Assembly (NCBI GenBank): GCA_020184695.1
Contig: JAANOX010000269.1
Location: 250,022-314,021 of the forward strand
DNA: 64,000 nucleotides
Direction: 5' to 3'
Origin: Histomonas meleagridis 2922-C6/04-290x
Lineage: Eukaryota > Protista > Parabasalia
The stretch's first letter is position 1. The number at the start of each line of letters is the position of its first letter. The position numbers and the translations under genes were made by a program. Below are positions 10,938-21,387 of the stretch, piece by piece. Under the pieces are notes generated by a model. That model was not told the origin of the DNA, ran no database searches, and was given only the letters and a program-made list of their open reading frames with translations.

Positions 10938-12389
10938 TCATCTCAAATTTTTGCCAAAGCAGCAGCACTTTTGCGGTGTGAAGTCACCCTTCACCAAACC
11001 TTCAAGAAAACACTTTTGGCATTTCGGATTGCCTTTCAAGTATCTTTCTATCAAATCCTTCTCCTTGTATGCAATATCTAATTTTCTTAATCTTATTAAA
11101 TCATTTTCGTCAATGAATATTCCACAATATACTTCTTCTTCCCTATTTCCTACATGCGAACATTCTTCACAATACTTTGTTAAGCTCATTGGCGTTGTCA
11201 TATAAATCACATATCTAATCTTTTCACTTTCTACAATTATTTTTGCACCCCATTCCTCTGTTACAACTACAGCTGCCAACTTACCCATTGTCCATCTTTT
11301 TCTTACTTCTTTTACCAATTTGTCATTCATATTCGAATGTAAAAATGCCGCAAATAATCCTTTGTCGCATAATTTTTTCGACATAATTTCTGTCTCATTT
11401 GCATTTGCACAAATGATAACACCACAACTTGAATTAACTATATCAAATATTTGTTCAAAAGAATTTTGTTTTTTTCTAACTTCAAATCGAATGTTTCTAA
11501 GGTTCAGTGGTTGTTTAAGTGTATTCGGCATTGTAATGTTACATGAGTAATTTGCAAAGATAACTATTTGAAGATTTGGAAATGATTTTTTTGCTTCCGA
11601 TACAACATTTACCTTTTGCGGATTTGATATCTGTAATATTACCCTTCGAATTTTTTGGGTATTTGATAATTCATCAAATTTGTCAATATAAATAACTGAC
11701 AAATTCTCATTTTCTTGTTCAATTGTTGTGTACACTGCAGTCGAATTCTTTTGCACATATGAAATCACTTTGTAGCATATTGTTGATGATGTAATATCCC
11801 AAAAAAGTACATTAATTTCATTTTCGGATTCATTTAATATCTTTTGGATAACTTCAAGTTGAAATTCGTCGATTTTTTGTTGGAAATATTCCAAACTTTG
11901 CTCTTGAAGATATTTGGATTCATAAAAAATCGGTTCTGTGATTGTTATTTTGTTTTGTGTTTCATTTGGTAAAAGCGTTTGTTCAAGTCTTAGTATATTT
12001 TCCCAAATGATTTTTCGTTCTTTCTGGAGTTCAGTGATATTAAGTTTTTGGGAAAGATTCTTTGATATTTGCTGTGATATTTCTGTAGATTTATTATATA
12101 ATGTTTGAAGTTCTGTTAAAGGTGTATCTTCTTGAAAATCTGATAAATATTCTATTGTAAATGGATCATCATCATCTTCGTCGATATAATGTATAGAGGG
12201 TTCTTCTTCTTGATTAATATGAAGAAAATTTGGTGATTCCATCTGAAATGTTTCTTCTAATTTGTCGATATTAATATTAGTATAAATTGGTTCATCAAGG
12301 TAACTCCAGACAAAACAAGAGAGCTCAAGCTGTTGTTGCTGCTTCTTGATGATTTTATTTAATTTTTCAAAGTTTGTGCGCATTTCCAT
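10938..12389 (-). CDS. Degenerate RecQ-like helicase C-terminal/Zn-domain protein
   Basis: FLHSNM..WTMGKLAAVVVTEEWG..IRYVIYMTTPMSLTKYCEECSHVG aligns with RecQ HelicC motifs IVa-VI. C-terminal Cys cluster present; no Walker A or DEAH visible. Confidence 0.5.
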   Translation of the reverse strand: MEMRTNFEKLNKIIKKQQQQLELSCFVWSYLDEPIYTNINIDKLEETFQMESPNFLHINQEEEPSIHYIDEDDDDPFTIEYLSDFQEDTPLTELQTLYNKSTEISQQISKNLSQKLNITELQKERKIIWENILRLEQTLLPNETQNKITITEPIFYESKYLQEQSLEYFQQKIDEFQLEVIQKILNESENEINVLFWDITSSTICYKVISYVQKNSTAVYTTIEQENENLSVIYIDKFDELSNTQKIRRVILQISNPQKVNVVSEAKKSFPNLQIVIFANYSCNITMPNTLKQPLNLRNIRFEVRKKQNSFEQIFDIVNSSCGVIICANANETEIMSKKLCDKGLFAAFLHSNMNDKLVKEVRKRWTMGKLAAVVVTEEWGAKIIVESEKIRYVIYMTTPMSLTKYCEECSHVGNREEEVYCGIFIDENDLIRLRKLDIAYKEKDLIERYLKGNPKCQKCFLEGLVKGDFTPQKCCCFGKNLR

Positions 12390-12760
12390 TTAACTTTTGA
12401 TGCGCTTGATGTAAACCGTGATAATTGAACTGAATTTTCTGTATAACCGTCGAAGATCAAGTTGTGTTTTTGTTGCAATTGCATCACAGCATACACCCTC
12501 ACAAGAAAGAGAGGGCTGCAGTCAAACAAATTCATAAAAAATGATAAAAATACATACACATTCAAATTTTGTTTATTCAAGGGTTTACAACAGAAAATGC
12601 ATTTTCTTGGGACTGTAAAGGTGTGTGTGTTGTTGTACAATTGTGGGCTACTAAATAACAATTATTGAATTTTAATAATTTGGTTTAAGTTTTTATGAAA
12701 ACATAAATTTTTGCAAATTTTTAATTTTTATGAAACAAATGTATAACTCCGGTGGTGGAG

Positions 12761-14680
12761 TTATTTCACAGTTTGCTCAAATATCAAAAACTTATTGTCA
12801 TCTGTGAGTTTCCCATTGAAGAGAATAGTTCCTGAAACAATAAACGGATTCTCTCCACCGATCATTTTCTTCACAAATTCTACGGTTTCTTCGTTATTCA
12901 ATTCAAATTTTTTCTCGAGGAACGATATAGAAATGCTATCATAAAATATATCGGCTGTTTGTAGGAAACAGCTCATGGACACCTTCTTCAAGTCGGTTTC
13001 AAGTCTTTCACTATTGATATCCTTCTTTATGGCTTCATATGCAGCATGCCAATCACCAATCTTTGCTTTTTGAACCATCATAATTACACGCTGAAGTGTA
13101 TTCTCTGGCTGAGGTGTTGGTAATCCTTTTTGGAAATTAATATGAAGAGAATTACCAACATGTGATTCAGATTTACCAACAGTTAAGTACGGCAAATCTA
13201 AAAATGCTGCAGATATAATAGAAAGCAAGTACATGTAATCTGGGTCTATAAACATCCATGGCGGAACAATAAATGGTGCTTGACCTATATTCCGAGGGAT
13301 TGAACCTAAACCAAAAATTCTCAAGTAATCGTATGATATAGAATATAGCCCAGCTTGAAATGCAGAAATACCAATTTGTGCTCGAGCACGATTTGATATA
13401 ACCTGAGTAAGTGGTTTAGAATCCGGAACTGAAGGCACCCTAATAAATAGCTGACTAGCTTCTTGAGGGTATCCTCTTAAAGAAAGGTTTATGCATAAGT
13501 AAAGAGCTGACCGTGTTTTTATATCTAAGGCAACATCATCTGGAAAAGTGCCAGAAACCGATACAATTTCCATGATAGAGGACGTTAAATCGTAAACGTC
13601 CTCTTCTGGTTTGTTATGAATGTGTTCAACAACCATAAGCATTAGCTTAGCTGCGTTTGATTTTTCTCCTTCTCCTAGTAAGGGTTCTATGAAATCTTTA
13701 AGAATTTGTACAAATTTTGGAATTATCATTTGAAGCTTAGAAACATCACGAGTAAATAAATGACGTGGATCAATTGACCTTGCCCAGTAATCTTGGTTGA
13801 GTCTTTCTAAAAACTTCATTAACAATTTGCCATCTGATTTCAAATTTGGAAGATGCTTTAAAGCAAGCTCCCAATCGCCAACTGGAATTGGTAATGATTC
13901 AGACATTGACATAATTGTTTGGCATAATTCAAGGGCAACATCATGAGCAAGTTTTGAATCATTATCTTGAATATAATTGTAAATATTATCAAGCCGTTCT
14001 GGTGTTGCTTGCACATTACCTGTTTCTCGCTTTTTTACGATGCTTGGAAGCAATCTACGAACTTTATCTATATTTGCAATTTTTCGTGCTTCAGCTTCAG
14101 TTCGTGCTTGAACAAATTCTGAAAAGTATCCTTGAGTAGGGTTTTCTAAGTCTTGTTCTTTTTTAAATTTTTTCTTGATATCTTCGATTTCTTCATCATC
14201 TGAATCTACAAACCAATGTGATGATATACTTGTGGTTTGTGCTTTGTTATCATAGAGTTCGTCTTTTTGGAATTTTTCTGGGTGTTTATGAAATTCTTGT
14301 AAAGCATCATTAAATGGTTCGCAAAATTTTTTAAAATCTTCATAAAAATCATGTAACTCTTTTTTATCTTTATCAATAGCCTCGAGTTTAGAAGAAATTT
14401 TTGCTATCAAACAAATAAAATTATTTGGATAAAGATTATCTTGAAGATTAGGAATTTCTTTTGCAAACTTTTTTTGAAAATTTTGAAAATTATTTATAGC
14501 ATTTGTGTAATTTCCTGATTCAGAATCATTTAAAATCTTATTTAACAAGTCATTGAATTGATTCCATAAAATTTTTTTTTGTTCTGGAATTTGATTTTTT
14601 ACAGAATCATTGCTTTGATTTATTTCTTCCTCTTCAGATTCATCATCACTACCACTGCTCTCAACAAAAAAACGAGACAT
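12761..14680 (-). CDS. EIF3C: Eukaryotic translation initiation factor 3 subunit C
   Basis: MSRFFVESSGSDDESEEE N-terminus; QVISNRARAQIGISAFQAG, PPWMFID and PENTLQRV..GDW match eIF3c PCI-region motifs. Confidence 0.75.
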   Translation of the reverse strand: MSRFFVESSGSDDESEEEEINQSNDSVKNQIPEQKKILWNQFNDLLNKILNDSESGNYTNAINNFQNFQKKFAKEIPNLQDNLYPNNFICLIAKISSKLEAIDKDKKELHDFYEDFKKFCEPFNDALQEFHKHPEKFQKDELYDNKAQTTSISSHWFVDSDDEEIEDIKKKFKKEQDLENPTQGYFSEFVQARTEAEARKIANIDKVRRLLPSIVKKRETGNVQATPERLDNIYNYIQDNDSKLAHDVALELCQTIMSMSESLPIPVGDWELALKHLPNLKSDGKLLMKFLERLNQDYWARSIDPRHLFTRDVSKLQMIIPKFVQILKDFIEPLLGEGEKSNAAKLMLMVVEHIHNKPEEDVYDLTSSIMEIVSVSGTFPDDVALDIKTRSALYLCINLSLRGYPQEASQLFIRVPSVPDSKPLTQVISNRARAQIGISAFQAGLYSISYDYLRIFGLGSIPRNIGQAPFIVPPWMFIDPDYMYLLSIISAAFLDLPYLTVGKSESHVGNSLHINFQKGLPTPQPENTLQRVIMMVQKAKIGDWHAAYEAIKKDINSERLETDLKKVSMSCFLQTADIFYDSISISFLEKKFELNNEETVEFVKKMIGGENPFIVSGTILFNGKLTDDNKFLIFEQTVK

Positions 14681-14843
14681 TAAACACGAACACAGAGGTT
14701 GCACGTTAATTTCCCAGCTAACGTTCAAATGGATTTTGTTCCATTTGCCAAAGCACAAATTGGAACAATTTTACAAATGAAATATCAAAACATAAAAAAA
14801 AATATCAAAGTCAAAAATTATGATTATTTATCAAAACGGCGTT

Positions 14844-16154
14844 TTAACGATTAACTGATTCGTTGGCCTCGTTCACTATATCCTCGAAGTTTTGTGGGAG
14901 TTCCTCTATTTTTGTATGATAGAAATCCTCAATATCTCTAAGTAATTTAACTTCAGTAGAATCGATGATATTGAATGCAACACCCTTTCTTCCATATCTA
15001 CCACTTCTACCAATTCTGTGAAGATATTGTTCAGCAGAGTATGGAAGTTCAAAGTTAATTACAAGTGTAACTTGTTGAACATCAATACCACGTGCAAGTA
15101 AATCAGTAGATATAAGTACACGTGTATTTCCTGTTCTGAATTGTTGCATGATCTTCGCACGTTCTGCTTGAAGAAGCCCACTATGGATTGCGGAAACATC
15201 AAATTTCTCCTTCTCGAACTCGTGCTGAAGGTAGTCGACCGTTTGTTTCCTGTTGGCAAAGATAATGGCTTTTTGAATGGATAACCTGCCGTAAATGTCC
15301 AAAAGTGTCGGGAACTTGTATTTTGGGTCGTTTACGTTGACAAAATATTGACTAATACCTTCAAGTGTAAGTTGTTCTGATCTGACAAGAATCTTGATTG
15401 GATCCCTCATGAATTGCTTCATAAGTTCAAAGATTTCTCCGGGAATTGTGGCGGAGAAAAGAAGAATTTGAATAGTAGGATCGAAATATGAAAATATCTC
15501 TTGAATCTGTTCAATAAATCCACCAGAAAGCATTTCATCGGCTTCATCAACACACACGATTTTGATTTTTTCACATCGAAGATATCCATCTTGGATGAGA
15601 TTAAGTGCACGACCTGGTGTAGCAACAACAACATGTGGGAATTTACTGGCACGTTCACAATCCTCTTGAACTGATGAACCTCCAATAAATTGGTCAACGG
15701 TTAAGTTTGGTATTCTACTACCAATGCTTGTCATTACCATAAATGTCTGTGTAGCAAGTTCACGTGTAGGAGACAAGATGAGAGCTTGAGTTGTTTTCTT
15801 GGAAGTATCAATCTCTTGTAGAATTCCAATTGAAAAGGCACCAGTTTTACCTGTACCGGATTGTGCTTGAGCAATGACGTGACGGCCCATTATAATAGGT
15901 TGAATTGCTAATGACTGAATAGGTGATGGATTTTTAAAACCATAGCTGAAAATACCGTGTAGTAAATCTTCATTTAATTCCATCTGATCAAAGTCATCGA
16001 TTTCTTGGGTCCAATTTGTTTCGAAATCTTTTGGTACAAAATCGGAACGTTGGATTTGACGGCCGGTACGGCCACGGCGGCCACGATATTGTCCTCGTTT
16101 GTCGTTATTGCGTGGAGTTCTATCTGAAGAGTAATCATCCCCTCGGCTATGCAT
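14844..16154 (-). CDS. EIF4A: DEAD-box RNA helicase eIF4A with RG-rich N-terminal extension
   Basis: Q motif, AQSGTGKT, PTRELA, DEAD, SAT, ARGID and HRIGRSGRYGRKG. An initiator-like TCACTTT lies just upstream of ATG 16154. Confidence 0.9.
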   Translation of the reverse strand: MHSRGDDYSSDRTPRNNDKRGQYRGRRGRTGRQIQRSDFVPKDFETNWTQEIDDFDQMELNEDLLHGIFSYGFKNPSPIQSLAIQPIIMGRHVIAQAQSGTGKTGAFSIGILQEIDTSKKTTQALILSPTRELATQTFMVMTSIGSRIPNLTVDQFIGGSSVQEDCERASKFPHVVVATPGRALNLIQDGYLRCEKIKIVCVDEADEMLSGGFIEQIQEIFSYFDPTIQILLFSATIPGEIFELMKQFMRDPIKILVRSEQLTLEGISQYFVNVNDPKYKFPTLLDIYGRLSIQKAIIFANRKQTVDYLQHEFEKEKFDVSAIHSGLLQAERAKIMQQFRTGNTRVLISTDLLARGIDVQQVTLVINFELPYSAEQYLHRIGRSGRYGRKGVAFNIIDSTEVKLLRDIEDFYHTKIEELPQNFEDIVNEANESVNR

Positions 16155-16157
16155 AAA

Positions 16158-16164
16158 AAAGTGA
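16158..16164 (-). promoter_or_regulatory. Initiator (Inr, TCAY) element of eIF4A
   Basis: TCACTTT directly upstream of the ATG; matches the known parabasalid Inr. Confidence 0.5.
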
Positions 16165-16462
16165 ATGGCCACAACATAGATTTTTCAAACAAACCGTCGG
16201 CCAACCTGAATTTTTCCAAAGAAAATTGTTGATCGATCTGTGAAATAATTATAAATTACGAGATTAAAAAGAAATATCATTCATGCTTTCACTTGTGTGT
16301 GTTATTTTTTATGAAAGAAAGAGAGTGTGATAAATAAAAATGGTTTCCAGTCATGAAAGTGCGAAAAAAAAAAAAGTTAAACGTTTTTTGTGAAATACTA
16401 AACTGCTGAAAAGATTGTGAAATTTTGTGAATTGAGTGGTTTATTCAAGTGAAAATATTTTT

Positions 16463-17095
16463 TTAACAACATTTCTTCTGCTGAGAAGTTGTTGTGTTAA
16501 TGTTTACAGGATTTCCGCCACCACCTTGTGTTGATTCATTACCTCCATCGTTTGGTTGGTTTTGTTTGATTTGTAAATATTTTTCGGCAAGTTTTTCGAA
16601 AAGTGTATTAATTCCATCGCCAGTAACAGCACTTGTTTCAAAATATTCCAAGTCGCTTGATAACTCTTCTGCTTTCTCACATCCGTCTTCAGTAGATATT
16701 TCACGTTCGGTAAGATCATTCATGTTTCCGCATAAACATATAACAGCATTTCTATTTGCTGACGAAATTTCTTCGTACCAACTTGATACAGAGTTAAATG
16801 AACTACGACTAATTTGACTTGTTGGTGTTGGGTTTCCAACAGCAAAAACAATAATTACAATAGAAGCATCACGATAATACATAGGTGTTAGAGTCCTGTA
16901 TTCCTCTTGTCCAGCAGTATCCCAAATTGCTAAATTGATTTTTTGTCCATGAACATTTAAAGACTTTGATAATATGTCAACACCAACTGTTGCTGATGTT
17001 GATGAATAAGCGCCATTGACAAAGCGTAGTAATATAGCTGTTTTGCCAACGCCAGAATCACCAACAAGGACAACCTTAGTTGCAACCTCAGACAT
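16463..17095 (-). CDS. Rab family small GTPase
   Basis: GDSGVGKT, WDTAGQEEY, YYRDA, ETSA and C-terminal CC. Confidence 0.92.
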   Translation of the reverse strand: MSEVATKVVLVGDSGVGKTAILLRFVNGAYSSTSATVGVDILSKSLNVHGQKINLAIWDTAGQEEYRTLTPMYYRDASIVIIVFAVGNPTPTSQISRSSFNSVSSWYEEISSANRNAVICLCGNMNDLTEREISTEDGCEKAEELSSDLEYFETSAVTGDGINTLFEKLAEKYLQIKQNQPNDGGNESTQGGGGNPVNINTTTSQQKKCC

Positions 17096-17168
17096 TTCTT
17101 GACAAAAGGCGTCAATTCAAAAAGTTGATGTCACTTTTAACAATACGAAGAATTAACGGTCATGAGTT

Positions 17169-18026
17169 ATGAACGTTAGAACAGGAATCGACTCATCAAA
17201 ATTAATCTTGTTAATTAGAGGTGCAAAAAAGACAGGAAAAACAAGCTTACTGAGATGTATGCGTGGTAAGCAATTTAATAATAATTATGAACCAACATTA
17301 ACTAGTATTCAAAAAAAAATCCACTGGCGCCTTGTTACAAATCCATATAGATATATTACTATAACTATTATTGAAATTGTTTCTAATTTGAGTTCTCTTA
17401 AATCAGGATCACCAAATGGAATTATTATTTTATATGATCCACGTGATCAAGCAAGTGTATCATATGGAGTAGAAGCAATTATGCAAACACCACCTTCAAT
17501 ACCCATTGCAGTTCTAACAAATTTTCAAGATATAATTACTGCTGATTTACATCCTTCTTTCTTCCCTTTTAAAAATCGATGCCATTTTATTTGTACATCA
17601 ATGGCAACAAATCTTGGAATGATAGAGCTTGCTAAATGGATAGAACTTCCATTGTCATTAAAAATTTATCGGTTATATAAATCATTAATAAGTTATACAA
17701 ACCAAGAAATCACACAAATAGAGAAAAAATTGCATAATACAATAAATAGAAAAGAAAGTAGCGATGATAAATTTTGGAATAATGATAATACAAATATAAC
17801 AAATAAAAAAATTGAATTAATCCAAGAAGTTAAGCCGTTGGTACAAAAAACTACAGAGGAACAAAAGAAAAAGAAAATTTCAAAAAATGAACAAAATCCA
17901 AAAAAGAGAAACAGTTCTCACGGAAAGCAATTAAATTTAGAAATTGTTCCTAAGCTTCAAAATATCCCATTGTGTTCGCTTGAAAATGGGTTTTATTCTG
18001 TTCCAGAACCAAAAAGAAATAAGTAA
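17169..18026 (+). CDS. RABL6: Atypical Rab-like GTPase (RABL6/RBEL1-like)
   Basis: IRGAKKTGKTSL..MRGKQF..NYEPT..IHW resembles RABL6 (IRGDRNTGKT..LQG..F...YIPT..IHW). Basic C-terminal tail. Confidence 0.6.
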   Translation: MNVRTGIDSSKLILLIRGAKKTGKTSLLRCMRGKQFNNNYEPTLTSIQKKIHWRLVTNPYRYITITIIEIVSNLSSLKSGSPNGIIILYDPRDQASVSYGVEAIMQTPPSIPIAVLTNFQDIITADLHPSFFPFKNRCHFICTSMATNLGMIELAKWIELPLSLKIYRLYKSLISYTNQEITQIEKKLHNTINRKESSDDKFWNNDNTNITNKKIELIQEVKPLVQKTTEEQKKKKISKNEQNPKKRNSSHGKQLNLEIVPKLQNIPLCSLENGFYSVPEPKRNK

Positions 18027-18403
18027 CGATATGGAATTCAGAACTTTACTTGTTGATAAAGCTTAAAATTAATAAACATTTGTTTGAATTAGAAAAATCG
18101 AATATTTACGAATTATTTTTGATCAAGTCAATATAAGTGAATTGATTGGAGTAAGAGTTTTTTTTCGGAATTTTATTTTTGATCAATCTAAGATTCAAAA
18201 TATTTTTTCTTTTTTCACTTTTTCTTTATTAATAAAAGCTAGATATTCTTAAATTGATTGATTTTTCTCTTTAATATTTATCATATGGAAAAATTATTAT
18301 GATGTAATTGATGAAATTTTTGTTCGTTATTAATAACCGTTTATGGTCTTCAAGGACAAATTTATTTTTTTGATATCCTTTTTTTAATTTAACAAGGTTC
18401 TAT

Positions 18404-19339
18404 ATGGAAAAAAGATTCTTAATCGATCAAGTGTATCGATTTAAAGAGAATTATTATGATTTTGATCTGAGTATAGATAATTCCATCATTAATTTTTTAA
18501 ATTTTCAAAATTCAAATCAAGAAAATCCACATGAAACATATCCTAAAAACGAAAATATTGAAGATAAAAAGATCAATATTATAATTGATAAGACAGAAAT
18601 CAAAGTAAATAAGGAAAGTCAAAATCTAAAGGAAAGTCAAAATATAAAAGAAATTCAAAATGACGAAAAACTTCAAAATATTATAATTACTAAAGAAAAT
18701 ATACATTTACCATTATCAAAAGGGACAGTAGCATATTTTAAAATTACACATTATGATAAAATTAATAATAGTAATTTTATAATTACTAATTTTTATGAAG
18801 AAGAAGATTTAAATAATGATAATTTAAAAATTCAAGTCGAAAGAACAAGTAAATTAGGATCCATTCAATATAAACTTTATTATGAAAATGAAGAAAAATA
18901 TTTTTGTTTTATTCAAAGTAATTTTTCACGTGATTCATTTTTTAGTATTCTTAAAATAAATCAGCAATTTAAAGAAATATCGGCCATTAAAATTAAAACT
19001 CGCTTTCAAGAAATCAATAAAATTCGACAATTTAAAAGTTATATTCCAAAAGAAACTATTTTTAATAAAGGAGAAACATCAATTTTACTTAAGCACAAAG
19101 AAAAACGACATAAAATGATACCAAAACCACCCAAAATGAAATCAGGTATTCCAACATTATATTTTGGCGGACGAGTTAAAATGGAATCAATTAAAAATTT
19201 TATTTTAGTTTCACCAAATAATTTTACCAATAAATTTTTAGTATTTGGGAAAGTTACACATACTAGTTATGTCGGTGAAGTATGTCATCCACTATCACCA
19301 ATTCAAGCTATTACACTTGCGCTTCCACATTTTAAATAA
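18404..19339 (+). CDS. Tubby C-terminal domain protein
   Basis: TLYFGGRVKMESIKNFIL...FGKV...HPLSPIQAITLALPHF matches the tubby C-terminus (LNF.GRV..ASVKNFQ..QFG.V..YP.CALQAF.IAL). Confidence 0.75.
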   Translation: MEKRFLIDQVYRFKENYYDFDLSIDNSIINFLNFQNSNQENPHETYPKNENIEDKKINIIIDKTEIKVNKESQNLKESQNIKEIQNDEKLQNIIITKENIHLPLSKGTVAYFKITHYDKINNSNFIITNFYEEEDLNNDNLKIQVERTSKLGSIQYKLYYENEEKYFCFIQSNFSRDSFFSILKINQQFKEISAIKIKTRFQEINKIRQFKSYIPKETIFNKGETSILLKHKEKRHKMIPKPPKMKSGIPTLYFGGRVKMESIKNFILVSPNNFTNKFLVFGKVTHTSYVGEVCHPLSPIQAITLALPHFK

Positions 19340-19441
19340 ATCAAATGATCAAAACAAAATAAAATTCAGTAAGTCTGTTTGCATTCGTCGCAGGCGAACC
19401 GAAATCAAACTTTTTGAGAGAAAATGACATTTGTTTTCACA

Positions 19442-19546
19442 ATGGATGCCGCAAATGTTTTAGCCATTATAGTTGGAGTTGGAATTATTGTTGTAGGTGC
19501 ACTGGCAGGTGTTGGTTTTTACCTTCGTAGGAATGAACAAAAATAA
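19442..19546 (+). CDS. Unannotated 34-aa single-TM microprotein
   Basis: MDAANVLAIIVGVGIIVVGALAGVGFYLRRNEQK*, in an island richer in GC than its AT-rich flanks. Alternative in-frame ATG at 19424. Confidence 0.6.
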   Translation: MDAANVLAIIVGVGIIVVGALAGVGFYLRRNEQK

Positions 19547-19664
19547 TCAAAATTCCTTATTAAAACTCATATATATTTATTAATTTTTTTTTCCTTTTTA
19601 AGATTAAGATGTTGAACTAAACAAAACCAATAGAAATATGTTGTAAAATTATAAAATGAGTTTA

Positions 19665-20279
19665 TTAGTCTTTAGGAACCCAACGTGAAGAGCAAAGTGG
19701 ACAATTTGACATTGTCTTGATCCATTTGTCCAAGCAGTGAATATGGAAGATATGTCCACACTTTCCTTCTTGTGTTGGACAAGGATCAGTAAGACCAAGT
19801 GCAGTATCATCTGCACATGGACCATGTAAAGGCATACGGCAAAATGAGCAATCGACTGTTTCGTTTTTGAAGCTTGAGATATAAACAGGATTGAATTTTC
19901 TAAGGACTAATCTTGGTTGATCAGTTCCAGCGGCTCCTGGACGACCAGCTGGTCTTGCGCCTGGGCGAGCGCCTGCTCTTCCTGCACGTGAACGTGTTGG
20001 ATGAGGAGCAGAGGTTTCAGGTGCTGATGTTGGTGCTGATTCTTCAGATGGTTTTTCGGTTGGAGTTTCTTTTGTGGTGGTTTCTTGAGCTTCTTGCTTC
20101 TTTTCTTCAGCTTCGTGTGGTGGAGCAGCTGCTGGACGAGCAGCTCCACGAGCTCTTGGTGTTGCAATTCTTCCACGGACTCCTCCACCACGTGTTGCTT
20201 GCCCGCGTCCACGAGCTGATGCACCACGTCCGCGTGTTGTTGCTGGGGCTGGAGCTTCAGGTTCTGGTTTGTCAGACAT
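19665..20279 (-). CDS. RING-H2 protein, Rbx1/Rbx2/Apc11 family, with long RG/PA-rich N-terminus
   Basis: RKFNPV..CSFCRMPL..PC..C..GKCGHIFHIHCLDKWIK..NCPLCSSRW. Confidence 0.8.
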   Translation of the reverse strand: MSDKPEPEAPAPATTRGRGASARGRGQATRGGGVRGRIATPRARGAARPAAAPPHEAEEKKQEAQETTTKETPTEKPSEESAPTSAPETSAPHPTRSRAGRAGARPGARPAGRPGAAGTDQPRLVLRKFNPVYISSFKNETVDCSFCRMPLHGPCADDTALGLTDPCPTQEGKCGHIFHIHCLDKWIKTMSNCPLCSSRWVPKD

Positions 20280-21368
20280 TTTAATGGTGACACTTTTATT
20301 ATTAATTCAAAAAAGTTGGCAAAAAATATTTGGGGTGTACCAACAACCTCCCTCACATAAGGATTTTCAATTTAGTTTTATCGTATTATCATATGGCAGG
20401 CAAATTATGTTTTTGATGTTTTTTAAAGATTTTTTTGTTTCTTTCATTATATATCTTTCTTTCAATACTTGTGTGAAAAATAAATTTTGTTTTTTGCGTG
20501 ATAAAATCAATTATGTTTATATGATATTAAATGTTTATAAAGTTTGAAATAAGGTATCTTGTTTAACAATAATTTTTCGCTATTATTTTTATTCGATATT
20601 ATCACTTGTTAATTCCTTTGTATATCTAAGAAACATTCTTTTTAGATTTCAATTAATATTTATATATCATTATTAAAGCTTTTCGAAAAGCTTATAAATT
20701 AACATTACTATATTTTATGAAAAAAAGGATACAAACAGTAATATGATTTTTTAATTCATGTTCAAGTCAGTTTCGAAAATGATATTATTTACAATGAATA
20801 TATTTTTTGTGGAAATGGTTATTATTTTTTATTATTTGGGATTTCATTAAGCATTTTCCAATTCCCTTAAAGAGTTTTTCTTAAATTTGCTTTAGAATTA
20901 TTTTAAATTTGTAATGTTATATTTTCCAATTGCTTATGGAGTAGATTTCAATACTATCAATTTTTCATATCTTTCACGAAAGTACTTATATTATCTACCT
21001 CTCCAAATTATAAATAAGGGCCCAAAATATAAGACAATAAATTAACATATACCTGCATGATTTTAATTTTATAAATAAATTTGAAATTCTATTTTATGAA
21101 TTCTACATCATAAAATAATAAACCGTTAATTCACCTGCCAACCTTTTTTTTTTTTTTATAAAAAATTGATAAATAGAAAACTTGTCTGATCTTATACAAC
21201 ATTTAAAATTAAAAACGGGCAGCAATTATTTCCTGTTATTAAATATTTTATGTAATATTATATTTTAGATTGGACAAAATTCTTATTTTAACGGTGAAAG
21301 AACCAGATTTCTGTTTTCTTTGAATTTTTGACAAGTTTCTCAAATTTCATTCAAAACTTTTGATAATG

Positions 21369-21375
21369 TCACTTT
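21369..21375 (+). promoter_or_regulatory. Initiator (Inr) element of the Rab gene
   Basis: TCACTTT ends 13 nt upstream of ATG 21388. Confidence 0.5.
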
Positions 21376-21387
21376 TTGTCATTCGAT

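Noticed and set aside
19907-20356. Overlapping alternative-frame ORFs on the RING gene
   Set aside because: They are explained by locally high GC and low complexity and show no recognisable motifs.
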